From an uncultured bacterium (lineage in GTDB: Bacteria > Babelota > Babeliae > Babelales > Babelaceae): a DNA stretch of 64,000 nt. The DNA lies in the NCBI GenBank assembly GCA_963819815.1, contig CAWFXL010000001.1, positions 1,280,001 through 1,344,000 on the forward strand, read 5' to 3'. The notes beneath the pieces are model-generated. The model saw nothing but the letters and a program-made list of their open reading frames with translations. It searched no databases and was not told the DNA's origin. Positions 20,990 through 29,971 of the stretch are shown here, in pieces. How positions within the stretch are numbered: the first letter of the stretch is position 1; every line of letters begins with the position of its first letter. Position numbers and translations under genes: made by a program.

Positions 20990-22150
20990 TTACTGTGTCA
21001 GCGCTTTGCTTCTTCTAGCTTGCAGTAATATGGTATGGGCTTTTTCAATAAGAGCGAAGACCCTTTTTGCATACTTTTTATTACTAGCGCCTTCTATATT
21101 TTTTGGATCCCATTGGGTTGCAAGTTTGGCATAAGCCTTTTCAACGTCAGGTGCCTTATAATCTTCATTAAGCCCTAAAATATACATGAAGGCATGCTCA
21201 GCCGTTAGAGCATGCGCGGAGCTACTTGCAGGAATAAGCTCAATAGGTAACTGATCCTCTGATATTTCTAACAGCTTATCAGCATCTAAGGTTTTCATGA
21301 TTGCTACGACCTCTGAGTCTCGGTAACGAGCAAAGGCTTCCAGCGGGCTGAGGGCCTGCATTAAAGCAGTATAAGCTTTTTCAACGAGGGCCAAGACCCT
21401 TTCGGCGAACTTTTTATGGGTATCGTCAATGGTGTTTTTTGGATCCCACTGAACTAAGAGTTCGATATAAGCTCTTTGAATATCTTCTTGGGTATAGTTT
21501 TTATCAAGCCCCAACATATACCTGAATACATCTCCAGCAGTTGTAGCATTCTGTATTCTACTAGCAGGCACAAGTTCTTTGTGTATCTGATCATCGGGAA
21601 GGTTTAAGAGTTGATCTACTTGTAAGATATTTTCTAACCTCCAGTAGCGTAACCGTCCAAAAGCTTCCAGGGGATTGCCCGATGCCATTATACTGTCGTA
21701 TTTCTTAGTAATAGCTTCAGGAAGTTTGTTTGAAAAATCCAACGTTAATTCACTGGGCCCCGTTAATGATTGCTTTGCAGAGAGGGTTATCACAAAGGGA
21801 TCTGTGTCAGAGTGCTTTACAATATCCCATTTACTGCGAAACATATGAGGGAATAATCCTGTATCTTTGATGCTGTGTCCCACGATTTGTCCATAGCCTG
21901 AAAAGGCAATTGTGCTTCCTGGTAAGAATATGTCGCTCATACCTATATATGCAACTTCCTCAGGGCTAACGATGCGAGAAATTTTCTTATTCGGAAGCTC
22001 ATAATAGGTAACCTTCAGAGGTACGCTGTAATATTTACCGATTAGGGCATTATTAACGATCACTTGGAATTTAGGTAGATCCATCGCTTTTAGGGAAAAC
22101 AAACTGCCTGCTATACATATCGTATGAAGAGAAATTCTTAAAAGGTCCAT
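20990..22150 (-). CDS. Secreted protein with two J-domain-like modules (HPD to DPK)
   Basis: Paralog of 19957-20814 with an internal repeat. Confidence 0.75.
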   Translation of the reverse strand: MDLLRISLHTICIAGSLFSLKAMDLPKFQVIVNNALIGKYYSVPLKVTYYELPNKKISRIVSPEEVAYIGMSDIFLPGSTIAFSGYGQIVGHSIKDTGLFPHMFRSKWDIVKHSDTDPFVITLSAKQSLTGPSELTLDFSNKLPEAITKKYDSIMASGNPLEAFGRLRYWRLENILQVDQLLNLPDDQIHKELVPASRIQNATTAGDVFRYMLGLDKNYTQEDIQRAYIELLVQWDPKNTIDDTHKKFAERVLALVEKAYTALMQALSPLEAFARYRDSEVVAIMKTLDADKLLEISEDQLPIELIPASSSAHALTAEHAFMYILGLNEDYKAPDVEKAYAKLATQWDPKNIEGASNKKYAKRVFALIEKAHTILLQARRSKALTQ

Positions 22151-22434
22151 AATAACTCCCAGGTTATTTTTTATACTTAATTTTTACTATGTGTATGTAA
22201 TATTAAAAAATAAATCATATAATTGTCAAGGGTTGGGGGGGTACATTCCAGCTTTAAAAGCAAGACTCAGATGTGTTTGAGCACCAATCATGCCATGTGT
22301 CGCTCTATTTGTGAGTCTATGAGAACAAGAAAGGAAGGACCTCTAAGAATAGCCAAAAGTTGATATTCGTCCTAATGTCGATACAATAAACAGAAAAAGA
22401 ATCTACGAGATATCAGTAATGGGGAGAAAATATT

Positions 22435-23925
22435 ATGATACTAGTACGCATACTTGGGCTGTGTGGTCTTGCATTTAATATGTGTGCTATGAACCTACAA
22501 CTTGAGAAGGCAGTTATTCTTCCTCAAGAGCAACAAAAAGAATTACATCGCCAGCTGATGCAAGCTTCAAAAGTGGGAAATGCCTCTCTTATACGAGAGC
22601 TCCTTAACCAGGGAGCGCCATTACTAAAAAAAGATAAGGTGACGTATGTGCACGATGAGCGAGAGGCTGTCGATCTATTCTTTACCTATACAGCATTTGA
22701 TTGGGCTGCAGTATATGGGCATACTGAATGTATGGATGTTTTGCTTGATAGACTTGAAGATGCTACCCCACCGGCCTCGCGACAGGTAAACTATAATCAC
22801 CTCAAATCTTTAAAAGAGAAACGCACAGCTATAGTACCCCTTTTTCAAAGAGATCAAAGAAGTCTGGCTGCACTACGTACGTGTATCTCAAATATTCGGC
22901 GCTATATGAGTACCATCACAGTGCACGGATTTGCTGACCCTGAATGGTATGTGCTTGAACGGATAGTAAGTAGACTCGAGCAGCAGCTTTCACTTAATCT
23001 TGTACTCAGCTCTTGTTTGGCTAGCGACGATTCTTTACGTCAGGTATTACTGTCTGCGGGGGCAGAACAGGTTACGGATTCACCCCCAAGTGATTGTAGA
23101 ATACAGGAACATCTTGATAGGCTCGTGTCTTTTGCCGTCCTAGAAGGAAATCCAGAGCTTTTGCCGGCGCTTATTCGCAAAAAAGCGAACGTTAATGCTG
23201 AGACTGGCTGCGGAAACTTAACCCCATTGCAGGTTGCAGCGATGAGGGAAGAGATGTATATGGCAAGATTATTGCTTGATGCTGGAGCATCTGTTAACTA
23301 TGTAAGTACTACTAACGACTGTACTCCCCTTCAGCTTGCTTGTCTCTATAGATCATTTCGTACAGCGCTACTGCTTCTTGAGTCTGGTGCTCAAATGTGG
23401 GAAACGGAAGATCATATGGCACCCGCACTTCGTAATGCCATCGACTTTCCCTCCTATCTTAAGGTGGTGTTGCTAGCAAGTATACAAAGATATGCCCCCA
23501 CAAGAGAAGACGCCAAAAGGGCTCTTCAAAATATTGCAGAGGTTCTCTTATTTTCTAGTGCACTGGAAACTCCAAAGTTACAAACAATTGGACAGGAACA
23601 GGAGCAGCTCTTAATGAAAGAGAACATGAGAGATCTTGCAGTAATCTTTCTCTATCACTTTCATCGCAATGATCTTCTTGCCTTGTGGAGAGAAATTATA
23701 GAGGTAAAATCGCACATTTTGTGCGATGAAATGCTTATAGCACAACTGAATCAGTACATAGGGGCTCTTTTGAAGAGTGATGAAATCAAAAAGTTTGCCT
23801 GCCTCAGTCTTTTAAAACGGCTTGCTCAAGAGGGCGATCACTTATACGTGACTAACCAATTGGCAATTGAAGAGGGTTCTGTTCCATTCTTATATATATA
23901 TCAATGCTTGACCAAAAATAGCTAA
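22435..23925 (+). CDS. Ankyrin repeat protein with signal peptide
   Basis: TPLQVAA..LLLDAGASVN and TPLQLAC..LLLESGA. Confidence 0.85.
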   Translation: MILVRILGLCGLAFNMCAMNLQLEKAVILPQEQQKELHRQLMQASKVGNASLIRELLNQGAPLLKKDKVTYVHDEREAVDLFFTYTAFDWAAVYGHTECMDVLLDRLEDATPPASRQVNYNHLKSLKEKRTAIVPLFQRDQRSLAALRTCISNIRRYMSTITVHGFADPEWYVLERIVSRLEQQLSLNLVLSSCLASDDSLRQVLLSAGAEQVTDSPPSDCRIQEHLDRLVSFAVLEGNPELLPALIRKKANVNAETGCGNLTPLQVAAMREEMYMARLLLDAGASVNYVSTTNDCTPLQLACLYRSFRTALLLLESGAQMWETEDHMAPALRNAIDFPSYLKVVLLASIQRYAPTREDAKRALQNIAEVLLFSSALETPKLQTIGQEQEQLLMKENMRDLAVIFLYHFHRNDLLALWREIIEVKSHILCDEMLIAQLNQYIGALLKSDEIKKFACLSLLKRLAQEGDHLYVTNQLAIEEGSVPFLYIYQCLTKNS

Positions 23926-24141
23926 GGCCACCTAACTCGATCAGTATACTTTAGCCAACCACTCTCAGAAATGCCATTTGAGACATATTTGAGGAGCAAG
24001 AACTGTGTTGTCCAATAAATATGCCAATATTTCGGCTCACTTCTAACCAATGAGAATTTTTTCAAAAAAATAAAACCATTGACTTTTCCGATCAATACAT
24101 GTTACTTTGCAAGTAATAAGGGGATTTCGAAAGGACAATCT

Positions 24142-25797
24142 ATGGTCACATTTAAGGATCTTCCCTTAACTAAAGAACTGCTCGATATATTAGAGAAGCA
24201 GGGCTTTACTATTCCTACAGAAATTCAAGCGAAAGCTATTCCTCTTCTCTTATCAACAAAAAAGATAGATTTTCATGGCCAAGCACAGACAGGAACAGGG
24301 AAAACTTTAGCTTTTGGAATACCCTTATGTGAGAAAATTGATCGAAATAAAAAAAATACACAGGCATTGATTATAGCGCCAACGCGAGAACTTGCAGTAC
24401 AGATTTATGAAAGCCTTGAAAAGATAGCCTCTCATCTTGGTATATCTATGGCAGTCATTTATGGTGGGGTCTCAATTGACGATCAGATGAGAAATCTTAA
24501 GCGGGGAGCCCAAATAGTAGTAGGAACTCCTGGCCGGATTAATGACCATATGCGCAGAAAGACCCTTGATCTGAGCAAGATAGAAACACTTATTTTAGAT
24601 GAAGCAGACATTATGCTTGATATGGGGTTTAAGGAAGAAATTGATGAAATTATGAGGCACCTTCCTCAAGATAGACAAATATGGCTCTTCTCAGCGACAG
24701 TTAAACCCGGCATTGCGCAAATCATGAAAAGACACATGAAAGATACGGTATCGGTACGGGTGAGTCCATCAGCTGTAGCAGCATCACAGACTAAACAATA
24801 TTATTGCATCGTGCCATCGCGTGCACGAGTTCATGCCATAACACGATTTATACAGTCGGTAGGGGACTTTTATGGATTTATTTTTTGTCAGACGAAGATT
24901 CTTGCGAGTGAAGTTGCTGATGAGCTTACAAAAAGTGGGTACAATGTTGCTGCATTGCATGGAGATTTGAGTCAGCAGCAAAGGAATCGTGTGATAAAAA
25001 AATTTAGAAAAGGTGAAACGACTATTCTTGTAGCGACCGATGTTGCAGCACGTGGTATCGATATTCCTGATATTACTCATGTAATTAATTATTCGATGCC
25101 TGAAGACCTTGAAAGCTATGTACACCGAGTAGGACGCACCGGACGGGCTGGCAAAGAAGGTATTGCCATTACTTTTATCAACAGAGCTGAGCAACGAATT
25201 GTTAAGCAAGTTGAGAAACGCTTTGGTGCAATTATTGAACCGATAGATGTTCCTTCTGCTGAAGATGTTATTCAAAAACATCTTCAGGAAATACCGGCGT
25301 ACTTTGAAAAAGATGAAAAGATATCTGAAAAGGCTGCCCTTGAAAAGCTCATAGAGCCTTTATCGGTAGAAAAGCTTAAGCAGGTGACGGTGCGATTATT
25401 ATATGATAGATTTCTTTCAAAGCTTGATCTTGAAGAGATACCGTACACTCATGTGGAGGAGCCTGATCATGAGCAATTTCAGGAGATCTTTATAAATAGA
25501 GGCAGCGAGGATGGGATAACATCTGAAGATATACGTACGTTTGTTCTGCAAGTTCCAACGGTAAAGCCTGATCAGATTCAAAAAATTCGTGTGATAAAAA
25601 AGCGCAGCTTTGTACGACTTTCCTCAGATTGTAGCCCTGACCTAGTAAGTGCATTGCGTGGAAAAAAATTACATGGACAACCGGTCATCGTGAATGTAAC
25701 CTGTATGGTAAGCGATCGTAGTCAAGAATGGCGGACGCGAGAACGTGACCAACGCCGGGGCGGTGGTCGCCGTCAGAGAAGAAGGCCCCCAAAATAA
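24142..25797 (+). CDS. DEAD-box RNA helicase, paralog of 11975-13630
   Basis: Full DEAD motif set; ATG after an AAGGA RBS. Confidence 0.95.
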   Translation: MVTFKDLPLTKELLDILEKQGFTIPTEIQAKAIPLLLSTKKIDFHGQAQTGTGKTLAFGIPLCEKIDRNKKNTQALIIAPTRELAVQIYESLEKIASHLGISMAVIYGGVSIDDQMRNLKRGAQIVVGTPGRINDHMRRKTLDLSKIETLILDEADIMLDMGFKEEIDEIMRHLPQDRQIWLFSATVKPGIAQIMKRHMKDTVSVRVSPSAVAASQTKQYYCIVPSRARVHAITRFIQSVGDFYGFIFCQTKILASEVADELTKSGYNVAALHGDLSQQQRNRVIKKFRKGETTILVATDVAARGIDIPDITHVINYSMPEDLESYVHRVGRTGRAGKEGIAITFINRAEQRIVKQVEKRFGAIIEPIDVPSAEDVIQKHLQEIPAYFEKDEKISEKAALEKLIEPLSVEKLKQVTVRLLYDRFLSKLDLEEIPYTHVEEPDHEQFQEIFINRGSEDGITSEDIRTFVLQVPTVKPDQIQKIRVIKKRSFVRLSSDCSPDLVSALRGKKLHGQPVIVNVTCMVSDRSQEWRTRERDQRRGGGRRQRRRPPK

Positions 25798-25799
25798 GG

Positions 25800-26312
25800 A
25801 TGGCTATGCTTAAAAAACTACTTATTGTTATGTGTCTATTTGTACCTACTATCTCTGCTGATTGGATAGATGATCTGAGTCTTTTTGTTGATACAGGAAC
25901 TCTTGATCAGTTGAAAGCTGAAAATGTGGTGCAAACCTATATTGACACTGATGAGCGTGAAATACAGCGAATTGAAAAAAAGGCTGCAGCAAATGATGAA
26001 GAAGGCTTTTGGGCAACTCTGCGAGGAGGCACGTTTCAGCTTCAATGGGCAGCGGCAAAAGCAAGTTTGCGGTATCATAAGAAGGTGCTTATCTTTATAA
26101 AAGGTCTTCCTAAAAATGAGCGCGATCGTACGAATCTAATTGAAAACTTACATACTCTTAAAAAGCTTGAAGAAGAGCTTGCTGAGTTAAAGAAAGACTA
26201 TAAGAAAGCTTCGGGAATGGGCGAATCATTGAAAGTTGCCGGTTTCATCGGTGCTAAAGAAGTTCAGATTAAAGCTCGAAAAGCATTTATTAAAGGTTCA
26301 TTCATTATTTGA
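25800..26312 (+). CDS. Hypothetical secreted helical protein
   Basis: Signal peptide; directly downstream of the helicase. Confidence 0.65.
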   Translation: MAMLKKLLIVMCLFVPTISADWIDDLSLFVDTGTLDQLKAENVVQTYIDTDEREIQRIEKKAAANDEEGFWATLRGGTFQLQWAAAKASLRYHKKVLIFIKGLPKNERDRTNLIENLHTLKKLEEELAELKKDYKKASGMGESLKVAGFIGAKEVQIKARKAFIKGSFII

Positions 26313-26362
26313 TCGGGTCTAATTTAACGGTAATGGCCCTTTATCCTATTTTCTTATAAATA

Positions 26363-26393
26363 AGAGAGTAAGCCTACTATTGGCTTACTCTCT
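26363..26393. terminator. Terminator between convergent genes
   Basis: agagagtaagcc-N7-ggcttactctct. Confidence 0.7.
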
Positions 26394-26401
26394 CATCTAG
26401 G

Positions 26402-27184
26402 TTAAATATAATCAAGTTGGTTTCTCAGGCGCTTAAGGCCATGCCAGGTACACAGAATGGTGAACAAAAACAGCATTACTACGCATACCCAATAGTTTAA
26501 TGAGCCTTCTAGTCCGAGTACTGCAGCACGCGCTCCTTCCATAACATAAATCATGGGATTAATGAGGCTTACATAGGCAAGCATAGGACTAAACAGATAT
26601 AACACCTTCCATGAATACTGGAATCCACCTAGGAACCAAAGTGGATATACAAAACGCATCCAGACACTACCAATTTGCTCCATACCTTTTACACGGCTTG
26701 TTACCCAGAGGGTGAATGCTGCATAAAATACATTAGAGAGCATGAGAATGAGCAAAAACTTTCCATAACTGAGCTTGGAAAGATCGAGGGAATTCCATGC
26801 AAGGAGCTTACTTATGGGTAGGACCAGGATGCCCATTGTGGCTGTATTAATCGTGTAATAAACCATCTTCTCGATAAATACAAGATAGGAAGGCATTGGT
26901 AAGGTAAGGTAGTACGAGGTGATATCACCGCCCTCAAAATCACTTATGAGGTTAGTAACGCTTGCATAGAGCTCAAAGAGCCCAGCGCTTACCACAAGAC
27001 TTGCCACCAAAAATCCGGTATAGTCTGCAGCCAAACCAAATGCAGGCATAAGGTAGGTGGTGACAAGTACCATGGTGACTATCCAGATAAATAGATCAAT
27101 CAGTTTATCCCAAATTGTTTGGGTAAAGATCTCAAGATCGGTTCTTAAGAGTTTCCACATCAGTGGTAAATAGGGACGTATCAT
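26402..27184 (-). CDS. ABC-2 type exporter permease
   Basis: Multiple TMs and NPMIYVMEGAR; overlaps the ATPase gene. Confidence 0.88.
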   Translation of the reverse strand: MIRPYLPLMWKLLRTDLEIFTQTIWDKLIDLFIWIVTMVLVTTYLMPAFGLAADYTGFLVASLVVSAGLFELYASVTNLISDFEGGDITSYYLTLPMPSYLVFIEKMVYYTINTATMGILVLPISKLLAWNSLDLSKLSYGKFLLILMLSNVFYAAFTLWVTSRVKGMEQIGSVWMRFVYPLWFLGGFQYSWKVLYLFSPMLAYVSLINPMIYVMEGARAAVLGLEGSLNYWVCVVMLFLFTILCTWHGLKRLRNQLDYI

Positions 27185-27924
27185 AGAGGGTCCTTTTTTT
27201 CACGTGTTAATTCTAGAAACACATCTTCTAAGCGGCCTTTTTCAAAAGATCGCATAAGGTTTGAAGGGGTATCAATAAGCTTTACCTCTCCCGCATGCAG
27301 TACTACTACTCTATCAGAGAGTCGTTCTGCTTCTTCAAGGTAATGCGTAGTAAGCAAGATGCTTACACCTTCAGCCTTAATCTGTTCTATGTAATGCCAT
27401 AGTTGATTGCGAATATCAGGATCAAGGGCAACTGTTGGCTCATCGAGAATGATCAGCTTTGGAGAATGTATGAGGGTGCGAGCAAGCATAAAACGCTGCT
27501 TCCAACCACCTGATAATTCATCCGATTTTGCATCGAGGTATTCATTAATACCAAGTTGCTGATTAAGCTCAACAAGGCGTTTCTCAATCTGCTCCCGAGA
27601 CATGCCATAATATTCACCCGCATATTCCAGATTCTTTCGCACGGTTAATAGCGGATTCAAATTAGGCTTTTGTGGACAGTATCCTATAATCTGCCGGTAA
27701 GCAGGTAGGTTCCCATAAATTGAGCGTTCTTGATACAGCATATCGCCTTTGCTCGGCGGATGAAGTGTGGCGACAATCGTTGAGAGCGTTGTTTTTCCAG
27801 CACCATTTACGCCAAGCAAACTGACGAGCTCGCCAGCATAGAGGTCAAAAGAGACACCTTTGAGAGCTTCTTTTGAGCCAAACTTTTTTCGTATGTCACA
27901 GATTCTTATTAATGGGGTACTCAT
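27181..27924 (-). CDS. ABC exporter ATP-binding protein (DrrA-like)
   Basis: GVNGAGKTT, LSGG, ILDEPT, TTHY. Confidence 0.93.
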   Translation of the reverse strand: MSTPLIRICDIRKKFGSKEALKGVSFDLYAGELVSLLGVNGAGKTTLSTIVATLHPPSKGDMLYQERSIYGNLPAYRQIIGYCPQKPNLNPLLTVRKNLEYAGEYYGMSREQIEKRLVELNQQLGINEYLDAKSDELSGGWKQRFMLARTLIHSPKLIILDEPTVALDPDIRNQLWHYIEQIKAEGVSILLTTHYLEEAERLSDRVVVLHAGEVKLIDTPSNLMRSFEKGRLEDVFLELTREKKDPL

Positions 27925-28056
27925 GGGTACACATCCTTTTCTTGCCAACAAGATGGCGATTTTAGAGTAGGTAAAGATAACAAAAAGGGAGTGGGGGAAG
28001 TCTGAGAAAAGCGATGCAGAAGTGGAAAATAATCTGAAGAGAGAATTGAGCCAATA

Positions 28057-28110
28057 CTACAAAGCTTTAGACGGCTTCGGTACGATTAACATAACATTCA
28101 TCATTATCAT
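28057..28110 (-). CDS. Putative 17-aa leader peptide MIMMNVMLIVPKPSKAL
   Basis: AAGGAG RBS; lies between the promoter and the ABC operon. Confidence 0.6.
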   Translation of the reverse strand: MIMMNVMLIVPKPSKAL

Positions 28111-28151
28111 GGCTCTAACTCCTTTAAAAGAGAGTAATACTTACTAGTTTA

Positions 28152-28180
28152 ATTATAGCTTGCTTTAGGTATGAGGTCAA
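28152..28180 (-). promoter_or_regulatory. Sigma70 promoter for the leader peptide/ABC operon
   Basis: TTGACC-17 bp-TATAAT. Confidence 0.7.
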
Positions 28181-28387
28181 GGTAAAAATGCTCACTGGCT
28201 GATGCTGCTTCCTAGCGGGCATATAGAATAACTTTATGCCGGGGTTGGTCTATGAACAATGTATGTCGTTAAGCGTGTTTAGTGCAGTGGCTCTAGCAAG
28301 TGCTGAATAAGCCCCCAGAAGCATTGTAAGCCAGTACTAGAGGACCATGTGTTTGCATCATCTTCAATTTGCTGGTATAATTATTAA

Positions 28388-29596
28388 ATGAAAATAATTA
28401 CTGGAGAAAGTTCTATGAAAAGTTTCTATCTATCCTTTAAAGAAACCCATTTTACCTGGCTGCTCTTTATTTTTTCTAGTTTGAGTACACCTGCTTATTC
28501 GATGGTGTCCTGTGCCCTATTAAAGCAAGCTACGGATAAAGCTACCATTAAGTTGATTATCATAGGCGACGGACATAATCTTGCATGTGATACTGTAGAT
28601 AAAATTATTGATCTTATTGAGACTACAGAACAATCACAGCCGGTACATTGTATCGTTGAGGCTCCTGATCTTTCAGATCCACGAAATCTACTCTGTTTTG
28701 AAGGAGCACCGACGGTGAACAAGATTGTTTCTTATGCTCAACAGTCTACCTCTGGTGACAAACTTCGTGTTATTAGAGCGGATAAACGGAGTCATGAAGA
28801 AAGATTAGCGGGAAGCTGTCTAAACGATATCATTCTTTTCGCAAATTCTGTGAGTCGGGGGGAACTACAAGAAAATCAGATTACTTCTTTCATCGAAAAG
28901 TCCATAGAAGATGCTTCATTAAGTTGGGAAACGATTGATGATTTTTACAGGGCTCTTGAAAATAACTATGCATATGTAACTTCTTTAAAAGTACGCTTTC
29001 AAAAGCAACAACCAGCTCTTGCGGATTTTATTGATGCTTCCATGAAAACTTTTCTTCAAGCCCGGGCTGAAATAATGAGTATGCTCGATGGATCTCGTTT
29101 ACCATTGCGAGCAGCCATTTGGAAGCTCTTTAAAGATTGTAACACACTTGAAAAACTTGATGATCGCCAGCGCATGATAAGAGTCCTATTTACCGGACTT
29201 AGCGATCCGATTCTCGAATTAGCATATATTGAACAGTTTCTCATTCTTTCTCAAGGTGGCATGAAATATATCATTTTCGTCGTTGGGCATGCCCATCTTG
29301 CACCTCTCCTTAAGCTGTGCAATACATTGCACATGCAGGAACTTGTCAAAATAACACGACTTGAAGAGCGAGAGCCGAGAACTTATTATGTATCGAAGAG
29401 TGTTTCGAGTGCCGATGTTAGTCAGTGCATTATAAGTTCGCTTAAGGATTTACTTGTTGAAGAGTGTTTTTGCAGAGGATGTTTAAAAAAGGAAGCTTTG
29501 CAAAGATGCTCAGCTTGTAAGAAAGTGTGCTATTGCTCAGTTTCATGTCAATCCAAAGATTGGCAGGATCACAAGAAAACCTGTAAGCAGTTATAG
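28388..29596 (+). CDS. Secreted protein with C-terminal MYND zinc finger
   Basis: CRGC..CSACKKVCYCSVSCQSKDWQDHKKTC. Confidence 0.88.
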   Translation: MKIITGESSMKSFYLSFKETHFTWLLFIFSSLSTPAYSMVSCALLKQATDKATIKLIIIGDGHNLACDTVDKIIDLIETTEQSQPVHCIVEAPDLSDPRNLLCFEGAPTVNKIVSYAQQSTSGDKLRVIRADKRSHEERLAGSCLNDIILFANSVSRGELQENQITSFIEKSIEDASLSWETIDDFYRALENNYAYVTSLKVRFQKQQPALADFIDASMKTFLQARAEIMSMLDGSRLPLRAAIWKLFKDCNTLEKLDDRQRMIRVLFTGLSDPILELAYIEQFLILSQGGMKYIIFVVGHAHLAPLLKLCNTLHMQELVKITRLEEREPRTYYVSKSVSSADVSQCIISSLKDLLVEECFCRGCLKKEALQRCSACKKVCYCSVSCQSKDWQDHKKTCKQL

Positions 29597-29971
29597 GCTC
29601 AGCAAGCTCTGTAAAAAAGATATCTGCTGGTCATCAAGAAAAGACTTGTAATCTAGAGTTAGTAACACCATATAGTCGCTTTTCAACAAGGCAAGTATGA
29701 GGCGTCAAGACCGGAGCCGCACGTGTGGGTTTAGGAGTACTTGAAAGCAGTGACTATTTTCTCACTTAGACTGTACAATCCAATGTCGATTCTGGAACAT
29801 GTGCAGCACATTCAAAAAAGAGACCTATTTAGATTCACGGGTATATGATGCAGGCGTGTTGTATATGCACAAAAAGTTGACGCTACAAAGGACGAGCGCT
29901 ACACTTGCCTTGTGTATGTGTCCTAAGCACTGAAGTTTAGTCGACATTCTTACAAATCAAAGGAGGTTGGG

